64,000 bases of DNA from Parvibaculaceae bacterium (GTDB taxonomy: Bacteria > Pseudomonadota > Alphaproteobacteria > Parvibaculales > Parvibaculaceae): assembly GCA_965248405.1 (NCBI GenBank), contig OZ252104.1, positions 992,738 through 1,056,737 on the forward strand, given 5' to 3'. A program made the position numbers and the translations under genes. A model generated the notes under the pieces. The model saw only the letters and a program-made list of their open reading frames with translations. It was not told the DNA's origin and did no database searches. This document shows positions 1-9,741 of this stretch, piece after piece. The stretch's first letter is position 1; the number at the start of each line of letters is the position of its first letter.

Positions 1-1363
1 GTTTTTCTGGTTGGATCGCATTCTCTTCTGCGCCTACCAGGCCAAACTGGTTTGGGTGACCGGGTTTGATGGAAAAATCGTCCATCTCATTGTTGAGGAA
101 GAAGCCTGCGCCCTTCACCACAAGTTTGGCGCCGAACATACCGTTGAGCGTCGTGGTGACGGAGACCGCATTACCCTCGGCATCGACAATCGAATAGTGC
201 GTGGTCTCAACGCTTTCGATTACCTCAACCGTGCCGGGCTTCACCTCTTCGCTGGGCGTGGCGCTGTCCATCTCAATGGTCGCCATACGGGTGTTCACAA
301 AGGCATCGCTGGTGAGGCGGGGAATGTCGATCTCCACAAAGTCGGGGTCGCCAAGATAGGTTGCCCGGTCGGCATAGACACGGCGCGCGAGTTCCGTCAT
401 TAGGTGGATATGATCCGTTGAATTATGTCCCATGGCCGCCACATCATGGGCCTCAACCCCTTTTAGAAGCTGGAGGAGCGCGATGCCGCCGGAGGAGGGC
501 GGCGGCATGGAGATAATCCGGTGGCCCCGATAGGTCCCGATAACGGGATCCCGCCACACGGAGCGGTAGTCGGTGAGGTCTTCGAGGGTGATGAGCCCAC
601 CACCTGCCTGCATCTCGTCCACGATCAGGTCTGCGGTGATCCCTTCATAGAAGCCTGCGCGGCCTTGGTCGCGAATTCGCGTGAGCGTGGCAGCAAGGTC
701 CGGATAAGAAATTGTGTCCCCTGCTTCCCACGGCGTGTCTTTGAGCGCCGCGGGTGTGAAACGATTGACGCGTACAAAAGCATCGCGAAACCGGTTAAGG
801 GAGGCGGCCCCTTTGGCCGTCAGGTCATAGCCTTCGCTCGCCAGTGTGATGGCAGGTTGTACAAGGTCCTTGAAAGGCAGAGAGCCGAACCGGGCGTGGG
901 TCTCCACCATACCGTCCACGGTGCCGGGCACACCGACCGCCAGCGGGCCGGTGAGGCTGAGACCCGGGATAACATCCCCATTATCGTCCAGATACATATC
1001 CCGATGGGCGGCTTTGGGGGCCCGTTCGCGATAGTCGAGTGCCCCTGAAGCGCCATCCGCCTGCCGATAGACGAGGAATCCGCCACCGCCAATATTTCCC
1101 GCCTGCGGATAGACAACCGCGAGTGCAAACTGCACGGCAATCGCGGCATCAAAGGCATTGCCGCCTTGCTTCAGCACATCAATCCCGACCTGGCTCGCCA
1201 ACGGATGAGCGCTCACGACCATGCCATTGCGGGCGCGGATCTCGCCGTCGCGGTCAAACACGGCCGCCTGTTTGCCCCAATAGAAACTCTGATGTGTCAG
1301 CGCGATGCCAACAATCAGAAGCGACACGAAGGCGAGCAGTGAGAGGCCGAGTTTCTTAAGCAC
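1..1363 (-). CDS. ggt: gamma-glutamyltransferase, partial (C-terminus lies beyond the window start)
   Basis: The minus frame is open from the window edge, so it is absent from the ORF track. My translation starts VLKKLGLSLLAFVSLLIV (signal anchor). It continues ...NGMVVSAHPLASQVGIDVLKQGGNAFDAAIAV...GNIGGGGF...SMPPPSSGG...ETTHYSIVDAEGNAVSVTTTLN...FFLNNEMDDF. These are typical GGT motifs and include the autoprocessing Thr. GTG start at 1363-1361 with GGAG 8 nt upstream. Confidence 0.85.
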   Translation of the reverse strand, partial: MLKKLGLSLLAFVSLLIVGIALTHQSFYWGKQAAVFDRDGEIRARNGMVVSAHPLASQVGIDVLKQGGNAFDAAIAVQFALAVVYPQAGNIGGGGFLVYRQADGASGALDYRERAPKAAHRDMYLDDNGDVIPGLSLTGPLAVGVPGTVDGMVETHARFGSLPFKDLVQPAITLASEGYDLTAKGAASLNRFRDAFVRVNRFTPAALKDTPWEAGDTISYPDLAATLTRIRDQGRAGFYEGITADLIVDEMQAGGGLITLEDLTDYRSVWRDPVIGTYRGHRIISMPPPSSGGIALLQLLKGVEAHDVAAMGHNSTDHIHLMTELARRVYADRATYLGDPDFVEIDIPRLTSDAFVNTRMATIEMDSATPSEEVKPGTVEVIESVETTHYSIVDAEGNAVSVTTTLNGMFGAKLVVKGAGFFLNNEMDDFSIKPGHPNQFGLVGAEENAIQPEK

Positions 1364-1456
1364 GAAGCGACTCCGGTTCTTGGGCGTTGGTTATTGCTCA
1401 ACTATGGAGCGGGACATCAAACGAAACAAGCTGAGCCAGTTGACGATACCGGGGCA

Positions 1457-1485
1457 CAAAAAAGGGGAGCCTGAGGCTCCCCTTT
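1457..1485 (-). terminator. intrinsic terminator downstream of the SDR gene
   Basis: GGGGAGCC-tga-GGCTCCCC forms an 8-9 bp GC stem at 1464-1482. On the minus strand it is followed by a T6 run (A run at 1458-1463 on plus). It lies about 25 nt after the stop codon at 1508-1510. Confidence 0.75.
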
Positions 1486-1507
1486 CAAGCTTGTATGAGG
1501 GTCTGGC

Positions 1508-2410
1508 TTACTTGCCGGAAGCCTTCTCGAAGAATTTGCCGGTCTGCTCGCCGCCCATGAAGAAGGCTTTGGCGTTGGACATGTCGGAAATCTTCTCGAT
1601 GTTTTCAGCCACGTCCTCAGCTGTGAGGTTGTCACGTCCGAGATACATGCCGTCAGATTCCATGATCTTCGCAACGGAGAAGACGCCTGCGCCCGCACAC
1701 ATGATCATGCCTGTTGGTGCATCTTCAGAGACGAGATACATCGCAGCCGGTGTCACGCTTTCAGGCGTCAGCATCTGTTCTGCTTCCGGCGGCATCAGGT
1801 TTTCAGTCATCCGTGTGTAAGCAACAGGGGCCAGCGCGTTACAGCGGATATTGTCCTTCTGGCCTTCCAGCTTCAGCGTATTGATGAAACCAACGACGCC
1901 CAGCTTGCCTGCGCCATAGTTGGTCTGGCCAAAGTTACCGTAAAGGCCGGAAGAAGAAGAGGTGACCATGATGCGGCCATAGCCCTGTTCCTTCATGATT
2001 GGGAACACAGCTTTGGTAGGCTTCACGGTACCGAACAGGTGAACGTCGATCACCATCTGGAAGTCACCGATCTCCATTTTCGCGAAGCTCTTGTCGCGCA
2101 GGATGCCGGCATTGTTGATCAGAATGTCGATCCGGCCGAACTCGTCCATGGTCTGTTTGACCATGTTCGCAACGCCTTCATCGTCAGTGACAGAAGATCC
2201 GTTGGCGATCGCTTCGCCCCCGGCTGCTTTGATCTCTGCGACCACTGCTTCAGCTGCTGCGGAAGAGCCGTCAGACCCATCGACGGAACCGCCCAGATCG
2301 TTGACGACGACCTTTGCGCCGCGTTTTGCAAGATCCAAAGCGTGCGAGCGGCCAAGGCCCCCACCTGCGCCGGTAACGATGGCTACTTTGCCGTCAAAGC
2401 TAATGCTCAT
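1508..2410 (-). CDS. SDR-family oxidoreductase, MFE-2-like (3R)-hydroxyacyl-CoA dehydrogenase type
   Basis: MSISFDGKVAIVTGAGGGLG Rossmann motif, NNAGI, and a YGAGK (YxxxK) catalytic motif. The ORF was trimmed to the internal ATG at 2410, which has GGAGA upstream. The longer ORF-track N-terminus is Arg/Pro-rich and unconvincing. Confidence 0.85.
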   Translation of the reverse strand: MSISFDGKVAIVTGAGGGLGRSHALDLAKRGAKVVVNDLGGSVDGSDGSSAAAEAVVAEIKAAGGEAIANGSSVTDDEGVANMVKQTMDEFGRIDILINNAGILRDKSFAKMEIGDFQMVIDVHLFGTVKPTKAVFPIMKEQGYGRIMVTSSSSGLYGNFGQTNYGAGKLGVVGFINTLKLEGQKDNIRCNALAPVAYTRMTENLMPPEAEQMLTPESVTPAAMYLVSEDAPTGMIMCAGAGVFSVAKIMESDGMYLGRDNLTAEDVAENIEKISDMSNAKAFFMGGEQTGKFFEKASGK

Positions 2411-2652
2411 GTCTGACTGTCTCCTTGTGAGATGTTTTCTTGAAGCTACGCGAGCGGCGCGTCCAAACTGGACAAAAGCCCCTCCGCCCGCTGATTTACG
2501 GGAAATTTGGCGCTCTTTGTGCCCGAGCAGGCCTCGGGGGTCAAGCCGAGGGTCTGCGGGGCAAAAAGGGTGGGATTTCAAGGCTTTGTGGTTGCCGTAA
2601 CAGCCTCCGCCCGTAAGATGCGGGGCGAGTTTGCAGGCTTTTCGGGGGATTC

Positions 2653-3912
2653 ATGACCATTTATGCGGCGCAGAGTGCGTTTGGACTGCTGGTGCTGACA
2701 GCGCTTGCCTGGGCAATCAGCGAAGACCGGTCGCGATTTTCCTGGCGGTTGGTCGCAACCGGCCTGGGCATCCAGATTGTGATTGCACTGGCCCTCACAA
2801 AGCTTGCCTTCGCTCGCGAGGGGTTGATTGCACTGAATGGTGTCGTCGACACGCTGATGGCGGCAACGAATGAGGGCACCGCCTTCGTCTTTGGCTATGT
2901 CGGTGGCGGTGAGGCGCCGTTTGAGGTGGCCAACCCGCAGAATGCCTTTGTGCTGGGCTTTCAGGCCATACCGCTTGTCCTTGTTGTGTCGGCCCTCTCG
3001 GCGCTGCTCTGGTACTGGCGCATCCTGCCTTGGGTGACCAAAGGGTTTGCGCTGGCGTTGCAACGTTCCTTCAACTTAGGGGGTGCTGTCGGGTTTGGGA
3101 CAGCCGCCAATGTCTTTCTGGGAATGGTCGAAGCGCCGCTGCTTGTGCGGCCTTATATCGCACGCCTGACCCGATCGGAGCTTTTCATTCTGATGACGGT
3201 AGGCCTTGCCACGGTCGCGGGCACTGTGATCGTCCTCTACGCTTTTGTCTTGTCCTCCATCCTGGAAGGCGCCATGGGGCAAATTCTGACTGCCTCGCTC
3301 ATCTCTCTGCCTGCTGCGGTTTTGGTCGCGAAGCTTATGGTGCCGGGCGCACCGGACGAACAGCCAACCGCTGGGGAGGTGAAGGCAGAGGACCTTGGAT
3401 ATCAAAGCAGCATGGACGCTGTGACCCGCGGCACGCTGGACGGGCTGTCGCTCTTCCTCAATATCCTCGCCATGCTGCTGGTACTTGTGGCATTGGTGGC
3501 GCTTGCCAATATTCTTCTGGGTCTCTTCCCCAATGTCGGCGACGCACCGCTAACATTGCAGCGCATCTTCGGCTGGCTCTTTGCACCTCTTGTTTGGCTC
3601 ATGGGGATACCTATGGGCGAAGCCGCCGTCGCGGGGCAGTTGATGGGCACCAAAACCATTCTCAATGAGTTCCTGGCCTATGTGGGGCTCACGCAAACGC
3701 CGGTAGAAGACCTGTCCGAGCGCTCCCGGCTGATCATGGTCTATGGGCTTTGCGGGTTCGCCAATCTGGGCTCTGTCGGCATCATGATCGGCGGCCTTTC
3801 CGCCATTGTACCGGAGCGGCGGCAGGAGATTACCTCGCTCGCCATGAAGGCGCTTGTCGGCGGAACCCTCGCCGCGGCGATGACCGGCGCCACCATCGGA
3901 ATGATTTCATAA
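2653..3912 (+). CDS. NupC/NupG-family concentrative nucleoside transporter
   Basis: 419-aa polytopic membrane protein. The N-terminal LLVLTALAWAISEDR and overall hydrophobic pattern are typical of CNT/NupC proteins. Confidence 0.8.
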   Translation: MTIYAAQSAFGLLVLTALAWAISEDRSRFSWRLVATGLGIQIVIALALTKLAFAREGLIALNGVVDTLMAATNEGTAFVFGYVGGGEAPFEVANPQNAFVLGFQAIPLVLVVSALSALLWYWRILPWVTKGFALALQRSFNLGGAVGFGTAANVFLGMVEAPLLVRPYIARLTRSELFILMTVGLATVAGTVIVLYAFVLSSILEGAMGQILTASLISLPAAVLVAKLMVPGAPDEQPTAGEVKAEDLGYQSSMDAVTRGTLDGLSLFLNILAMLLVLVALVALANILLGLFPNVGDAPLTLQRIFGWLFAPLVWLMGIPMGEAAVAGQLMGTKTILNEFLAYVGLTQTPVEDLSERSRLIMVYGLCGFANLGSVGIMIGGLSAIVPERRQEITSLAMKALVGGTLAAAMTGATIGMIS

Positions 3913-3931
3913 CACCAAAAGAGGAAACCCC

Positions 3932-4540
3932 ATGAAACTCTATGACGACACCCGTGCGCCCAATCCAAGACGCGTCCGCATCTATCTGGCGGAGAAGGGC
4001 ATTGATGTGCCCTTGGAACAGACCCCGGTGATGGAACGGGCCAATCGGACCGAGGCATTTAAAGAGAAGAACGCGCTGCAACAGATACCCGTTCTGGAAC
4101 TGGACGACGGCACCTGTATTGCGGAGAGCCTGGCGATCTGCCGTTACTTTGAAGCTTCGCATCCAGAGAACCCGCTCTTCGGCGCTACACCGCTCGAGCA
4201 GGCGGAGGTCGAAATGTGGAACCGGCGGATCGAGTTTCAATTGCTCAGCACCGTGGGTGCCTATTGGCGCCATTGCCATCCGCTGACGGCAGGTCTCGGC
4301 GGCCAGATCAAGGAAGCTGGCGAAGCAGGCAAGAAGCGGGCGGAGTTTATTCTGAACTGGCTGAATGAGGACCTGGAAGGCCGCGACTATTTCGCAGGCG
4401 ACAGCTTCACGGTTGCGGACATCACAGCTCTATGCGTGATCGACTTCGCAACATTCGTCGGCATTCCGATCCCCGATGAGGCAACCAACCTGAAGGCCTG
4501 GCACGAGCGTGTTTCAGCGCGGCCAAGTACAAAAGCCTGA
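3932..4540 (+). CDS. glutathione S-transferase
   Basis: 202 aa. MKLYDDTRAPNPRRVRIYLAEKGI is a thioredoxin-like N-domain and is followed by a helical C-domain. AGAGGA ribosome-binding site (RBS) upstream. Confidence 0.85.
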   Translation: MKLYDDTRAPNPRRVRIYLAEKGIDVPLEQTPVMERANRTEAFKEKNALQQIPVLELDDGTCIAESLAICRYFEASHPENPLFGATPLEQAEVEMWNRRIEFQLLSTVGAYWRHCHPLTAGLGGQIKEAGEAGKKRAEFILNWLNEDLEGRDYFAGDSFTVADITALCVIDFATFVGIPIPDEATNLKAWHERVSARPSTKA

Positions 4541-4831
4541 CATTCATTTGAAGGAAAAACTGAGAGGGGCGAAGGCGGTGGCCGGGGGTACATTCAGACA
4601 CCGCCTTGCCCCCTCAGGACCCAACCAGATAACGCATGACAATCCAGCCGGGGCATTTAGGCCGCTGTTGCCAGCGGTTGAAATGAAAATGGCAAGATCT
4701 ACCTGAACGGTTCCTGAACCAGATAAAAAGGTGTGTTTCATCTTGTTGACGTCGGGTTTTTGGCTGTTTTCCTGGGGTATTGGCGGGTCGTAAATCTGTG
4801 TTACTGTTTCCGCTGTCTTTGGGGAGGGACG

Positions 4832-6283
4832 ATGACAGCTGAAAATAACGCGCAGGAATCACAAGGCGCGGCGGCGGACCGGATTCCGACCTGGCGCCTG
4901 ACCGCCTATGCGCAGATGACCTTGCCGCTAGCGGTGATCGGTCTGCCCATCGCCATTTACATCCCGCCCTTCTACAGCGGAACGCTGGGACTTGATCTGG
5001 CAGCAGTGGGCCTCGTCCTCATGCTCGCGCGTTTTTCGGACGTCATCACGGATCCTCTGATTGGCCGGTTTAGTGATCGCACCAGGACACGCTTTGGGCG
5101 CCGCCGACCGTGGATTGCCGTCGGTGTGCCGTTGATGATCCTATCGGCCTACATGTTGTTTGTGCCCACGGAGCCCGTGAGTCTCGGTTATCTGCTTCTA
5201 TGGATCGCGGCCATTTATCTGGGTTTCACACTGATCGGCATTCCCTACGCGGCCTGGGGTGCTGAACTGTCGCAGGACTATCACGAACGCAGTCGCGTCA
5301 CGGGAGCACGAGAGATCTTTTTGCTTTCCGGGCTCGTGCTTGCCATCAGTGCGCCAATTATTGGCGTCTCTCTTTCCGGCGGGGGAGAGGAAGCAGAAGC
5401 CGTAAACTCTGCTTCAAGGGAGGCGATGGCGTCCCTTGGCTGGTTGACGGTTTTCCTGTTGCCGATTTGTGCACTCGTGCTTTTTGCTTTTGTACCCGAG
5501 CCAAAGACGCAAACGACCCAGAACATTCCTTTCAAAGATGGGCTCAAGGCGTTCGCGCGCAATGGGCCTTTTCGACGGATATTGCTTTCGACAATGGTTG
5601 GCGCCCTTGCAAGTTCTCTCAATGGAGCAGTCGCAATTCTGTTCTTTGATCACGTTCTGAAGATCGGGGAGGCAGGCCTTGTCCTCATCCTTGTCCTGTT
5701 TGTCGCGGCCATTTTCGGGTCACCGATCTGGGTGGTGCTCGGGAAAAAGATCGGCAAGCATCGGGCCTTATGTGTTGCGGCTGTCTTTTCGCTCACCGCA
5801 TTTGCGGCGGTCCCGGCGGTGGTGTTTCTGCTGATCCCCACTGCACCTCAATTCACTTTCGCCGCCATGTTCGTGGTGACTCTCATTCAAGGGTTGGCCG
5901 CTGGCGCCACCGCCATATTGGGAGCATCCATGCTGGCGGATGTGGTGGATCTGGACACGATGAGAACCGGCGAGCATCGCACGGGCTTTCTCTTCGCCTT
6001 TCTCGGCATGGTGCGGAAGTTCTTTGAAGCGGCCGGTGTCGGCATCGCATTACCATTCATTGCCTTTATGGGATTTGACCCTCAGGCAGAGACCCAAACG
6101 GAGTTGGGTGTGGTGGGTATCATGATGGCTTACTGCATGTTCCCGATCATACTCTGGGTATGCTCAGTCGCCATTATCTGGAACTTCCCGCTGACATCTG
6201 AGCGACATGCGCGTATCCGTGCGGCGTATGAACGCAAAGCGAAAAGGTTGGGACGGAACATTCAGCCAGCCCCCGCCGATTGA
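4832..6283 (+). CDS. MFS transporter, glycoside-pentoside-hexuronide (GPH/MelB-like) family
   Basis: Carries the GPH signature DVITDPLIGRFSDRTRTRFGRRRPW and about 12 predicted transmembrane (TM) segments. Start moved to the ATG at 4832, which is preceded by GGGGAGGG. Confidence 0.8.
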   Translation: MTAENNAQESQGAAADRIPTWRLTAYAQMTLPLAVIGLPIAIYIPPFYSGTLGLDLAAVGLVLMLARFSDVITDPLIGRFSDRTRTRFGRRRPWIAVGVPLMILSAYMLFVPTEPVSLGYLLLWIAAIYLGFTLIGIPYAAWGAELSQDYHERSRVTGAREIFLLSGLVLAISAPIIGVSLSGGGEEAEAVNSASREAMASLGWLTVFLLPICALVLFAFVPEPKTQTTQNIPFKDGLKAFARNGPFRRILLSTMVGALASSLNGAVAILFFDHVLKIGEAGLVLILVLFVAAIFGSPIWVVLGKKIGKHRALCVAAVFSLTAFAAVPAVVFLLIPTAPQFTFAAMFVVTLIQGLAAGATAILGASMLADVVDLDTMRTGEHRTGFLFAFLGMVRKFFEAAGVGIALPFIAFMGFDPQAETQTELGVVGIMMAYCMFPIILWVCSVAIIWNFPLTSERHARIRAAYERKAKRLGRNIQPAPAD

Positions 6284-6284
6284 G

Positions 6285-7325
6285 TTACGCGGCAGCTTTC
6301 AGATCAAACGCCTCAGCGAGCAATGCGTAGGACCGTTTCCGCGCCTCATGGTCCGGTGTGATGGTCAGGATCACAAAGTCGTCGACACCATACTCCGCGC
6401 CCATCTGAAGCAGACGACCACGGACCTGCTCCGGCGTGCCGGTAATGCTGCGTTGCTTCACGCCTTGCATCATCTGCGCTTCATCCGGCCTGAGCGGGAA
6501 GGCAAGGGCATCGTCCAGAGACTTAAAAGGCCCGGCTCTGTTTTGCAGCAGATGAAGGACCCAGAGGTTTCGCGAAGCAGACTGGCGTTCGGCTTCTTCT
6601 TCCGTGTCTGCGACCATGACCGAAACGCCGATGGACCCGCGCGGTTGTGAAGAAACGCGCGAGGGACGGAACGTCTTCCGGTAAATCTCGAGGGGGGAGG
6701 GGCCCGCATCCTGATTGATGAAATGAGCGAAGCAATAGGGCATGCCGAATTGGGCGGCGTAAGCGGCTCCATCAGAACTTGAGCCCAGCATCCAAAGATC
6801 TGGCATGCCGGGGCCCCGCGGCACGGCGTGGATACCCTGGTAAGGATGGTCTGTCGGTAGGCCGCCTTCTTCTCCCTTCAGTCCCTGCGCGTCTTCGAGA
6901 AACTGCTGCAGCAACTGTACCTGTTGTGGGAACACGTCAATCGGATAGGCCTGAGGTCCCGGCTGAAGGGCGCGGCTGGTCTTTTGGTCTGATCCGGGCG
7001 CACGTCCAAGGCCCAGATCAATCCGGTTTGGGTAGAGGGCATGCAGCACCCGAAACACTTCTGCGACTTTCAAGGGGCTGTAGTGCGGCAGCATCACGCC
7101 GCCGGACCCAACGCGGATGGTTTTTGTCGCAGCGGCAATTGCCCCGATCATGATTTCGGGAGCCGAGCCAGCAAAGGATGAACCGCTATGGTGCTCGGCC
7201 AGCCAATAGCGCTCATAGCCGGATGCCTCGCAGGCACGTGCGAGATCAATCGTTTCCTGCAGCGCTTGTGCACCTGTGCCGCCTTCGCGGATGGGAGATT
7301 GATCGAGAGCGCTCAGCGTTACCAT
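6285..7325 (-). CDS. LLM-class (luciferase-like) flavin-dependent oxidoreductase
   Basis: 346 aa. LSALDQSPIREG...GYERYWLAEHH is typical of the MsnO8-type luciferase-like monooxygenase family. Confidence 0.85.
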   Translation of the reverse strand: MVTLSALDQSPIREGGTGAQALQETIDLARACEASGYERYWLAEHHSGSSFAGSAPEIMIGAIAAATKTIRVGSGGVMLPHYSPLKVAEVFRVLHALYPNRIDLGLGRAPGSDQKTSRALQPGPQAYPIDVFPQQVQLLQQFLEDAQGLKGEEGGLPTDHPYQGIHAVPRGPGMPDLWMLGSSSDGAAYAAQFGMPYCFAHFINQDAGPSPLEIYRKTFRPSRVSSQPRGSIGVSVMVADTEEEAERQSASRNLWVLHLLQNRAGPFKSLDDALAFPLRPDEAQMMQGVKQRSITGTPEQVRGRLLQMGAEYGVDDFVILTITPDHEARKRSYALLAEAFDLKAAA

Positions 7326-7352
7326 GGGCCTGATCCTATCACGAAATTGGAC

Positions 7353-7769
7353 CTATTTCCGGATACGTTTGATCACACCACTAAAGTTCAGGAGTGTGTC
7401 GTCACCACAGAAAATCTGGCCTCTTACGAAAACCATGGAGCGTGTATTGCGAACGATTTCGCCGGTCGCTTCGATCAAATTGCCGGACCCCACTGCGGAG
7501 ATGAATTCGGAGTTGAAGGATACTGTGACGCCCGGCCCGTCCAACACATCGCCCGCAATTGCAAACAGCGCATAGTCGGCAAACGTCATCAAAGAGCCGC
7601 CGTGCAAAAACCCGCCACCATTGCAATGATGAGGGAGGGCTTCAAACGCGCATTTGACGGATCCGTCATCCATCTTTTTGAAGAAATAGGGACCCGCATA
7701 GTCTTCAAATGGGTCCGTTCCCCCTTCCCAGGTCCTGTACCCCTCAAGCCGTCCGGTTGGTGCGTTCAT
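7353..7769 (-). CDS. PaaI-family hotdog-fold thioesterase
   Basis: 138 aa. NGGGFLHGGSLMTFADYAL matches the PaaI/4HBT motif region. Confidence 0.8.
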   Translation of the reverse strand: MNAPTGRLEGYRTWEGGTDPFEDYAGPYFFKKMDDGSVKCAFEALPHHCNGGGFLHGGSLMTFADYALFAIAGDVLDGPGVTVSFNSEFISAVGSGNLIEATGEIVRNTRSMVFVRGQIFCGDDTLLNFSGVIKRIRK

Positions 7770-7940
7770 GATCTGATGCCCTCATTTTTGTTTTGTCTTT
7801 GTCCAGAAACGCAGCGTTTTGACGTCTGCAAAAAAGGCCCGTTTTCGACTCTCTGGCGCCATTTCTGGTCCCTATTTAGGGCTTCTTTAGGAGATTTCCA
7901 ACATTATGAAACGGTTCAGTTTCATCGGGAACCAAAGATA

Positions 7941-8483
7941 ATGGGGATACAAGAACGGGTCACGCTGGAGAGCGTACTTAGCCCTGAGTCAGCAGCAATT
8001 GCACAGCAGCTGGGAAACCACAAGCTGGCCTATGTGGCGCCCGAAGCACTTGAAGCCCCGGAACTGCGTGAACTACTCGAATTCTGGCACAAAGCGCGCG
8101 ACGGCATGCCTCTCCCGTGTGCGGGCACCCTGGACCCAGTCAAAATCCCCCGGCATCTGTCACAGATATTCCTCCTGAATGTTGCCCATGATCCGCTGCG
8201 TTTTGAGTTCCGGATTATTGGGGAAGGACCGACCCATGCATTCGGTTTGAACGCATCCGGCATGAAGGTTGAGGAGATCGAGTTTGGCGGCCTGGAAGCC
8301 GGGAAGATGATGCACGAATCATATTCATGGATTGTTGCCCAGCGGAAACCTGTTGCTGTGAGTGGTCCCAACGCCACGCTACAGGATGGGTACAAGCGCC
8401 AGGAAATCATCTACCTGCCGTTCTCAGACGGGGGCTGCCAGATTGTCCGCATCCTCGGTGCATCGATCTATTACCGCGATTGA
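7941..8483 (+). CDS. PAS-like domain protein (alphaproteobacterial PAS_5/PF07310-like family)
   Basis: Only the last 180 codons of the 431-aa ORF do not overlap better genes. LLEFWHKARDGMPLPCAGTLDPVKIPRHLSQIFLLNVAHDPLRFEFRIIGEG matches the family pattern as I remember it. Confidence 0.65.
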   Translation: MGIQERVTLESVLSPESAAIAQQLGNHKLAYVAPEALEAPELRELLEFWHKARDGMPLPCAGTLDPVKIPRHLSQIFLLNVAHDPLRFEFRIIGEGPTHAFGLNASGMKVEEIEFGGLEAGKMMHESYSWIVAQRKPVAVSGPNATLQDGYKRQEIIYLPFSDGGCQIVRILGASIYYRD

Positions 8484-8571
8484 AAACCCTCGCTTTTCCG
8501 TGTTTTGACGCCCGGCCATCCCATGGCCTAAAGTCCCGCAACTTTTTGCATAAAGATTTAGCGGGGAATGT

Positions 8572-9726
8572 ATGGCCCTTGATCTCGAAACACGCGATCA
8601 GCTTTTGTCCACTATTCGACGGTTTGTCGATGAACGCCTCCGGCCGATTGAAGAGCAGGTGTCTGAGAATGACGAGGTGCCGGAAGAGATCGTGCAGGAA
8701 ATGCGGGACCTGGGCCTTTTCGGTATCTCAATCCCCACAGAATATGGTGGCCTCGGCCTCACCATGGAGGAGGAGTGCCTGCTTCTCTTCGAATTGGGGC
8801 GCACCTCCCCAGCCTTCCGGTCTGTGATCGGGACGAATGTTGGTATCGGCTCCCAAGGCATCGTCATGCATGGACGCCAGGACCAAAAAGAAGAATGGCT
8901 GCCCAAACTTGCTACCGGCGAGGCCATTGCAAGTTTTGCGCTGACCGAACCGGAAGCCGGCTCCGATGCGGCATCTCTTCGGACAACCGCCATTCGCGAT
9001 GGTGACGAATACATCGTGAATGGGACAAAGCGCTACATCACAAACGCGGCCAAAGCGAGCATGTTTACCCTCATGGCGCGCACCGACCCGGACACACCAG
9101 GTGCGAAAGGCGTTTCCGCTTTCGTCTGTCCTGCAGACGCACCCGGTATCTCACTGGGCAAGTCTGAGAAAAAGATGGGACAGCAGGGCGCGCATATATG
9201 CGATGTGATTTTTGACAATGCACGCATCCCCGCGAGCAGTCTCCTTGGCGAGGAAGAAGGCAAGGGGTTTGTCACCGCCATGCAGGTGCTCGAACGGGGC
9301 CGGCTTCATATCTCCGCCGTCTGTGTTGGTGTCGCCGACCGTCTTGTCGAAGATGCGACCAAATATGCAGCGGAGCGAAAACAGTTTGGCCAGCCGATCG
9401 GTAATCACCAGCTCGTTCAGGCCATGCTGGCAGACTGTAAGACAGAAGCTTACGCCGCGCGTTGCATGGTGATGGACGCCGCTAAGCGCCGCGATGCAGG
9501 TGAAGATGTCGGCACCGAGTCATCTTGTTGTAAGTATTTTGCCTCAGAGATGGTCGGGCGGGTGGCTGACAAGGCTGTTCAGATTTTCGGTGGGGCGGGC
9601 TATGTCGCTGACTATGGCGTTGAACGCTTTTACCGTGACGTCCGCATCTTCCGTATCTACGAAGGCACAAGCCAGATCCAGCAGATGATTATTGGCCGCA
9701 ATATGGTGCGCGAAGCATCTGAATAG
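8572..9726 (+). CDS. acyl-CoA dehydrogenase
   Basis: 384 aa. ALTEPEAGSDAASLRTTA, a conserved middle beta-domain, and the C-terminal YEGTSQIQ motif. Confidence 0.9.
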   Translation: MALDLETRDQLLSTIRRFVDERLRPIEEQVSENDEVPEEIVQEMRDLGLFGISIPTEYGGLGLTMEEECLLLFELGRTSPAFRSVIGTNVGIGSQGIVMHGRQDQKEEWLPKLATGEAIASFALTEPEAGSDAASLRTTAIRDGDEYIVNGTKRYITNAAKASMFTLMARTDPDTPGAKGVSAFVCPADAPGISLGKSEKKMGQQGAHICDVIFDNARIPASSLLGEEEGKGFVTAMQVLERGRLHISAVCVGVADRLVEDATKYAAERKQFGQPIGNHQLVQAMLADCKTEAYAARCMVMDAAKRRDAGEDVGTESSCCKYFASEMVGRVADKAVQIFGGAGYVADYGVERFYRDVRIFRIYEGTSQIQQMIIGRNMVREASE

Positions 9727-9741
9727 GGAGGTACACTTCCT

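Noticed and set aside
11-1359. Plus-strand ORFs 11-403, 521-1048, 846-1034 and 1039-1359.
   Set aside because: All are shadows of the minus-strand ggt gene. That gene is missing from the ORF track only because it runs off the window edge without a stop codon.
7188-7940. The upstream 250 codons of the 431-aa plus-strand ORF 7188-8483.
   Set aside because: This part runs antisense through the LLM oxidoreductase and PaaI thioesterase genes and has no motifs. Only the last 180 codons, from the ATG at 7941, look like a real PAS-like protein.
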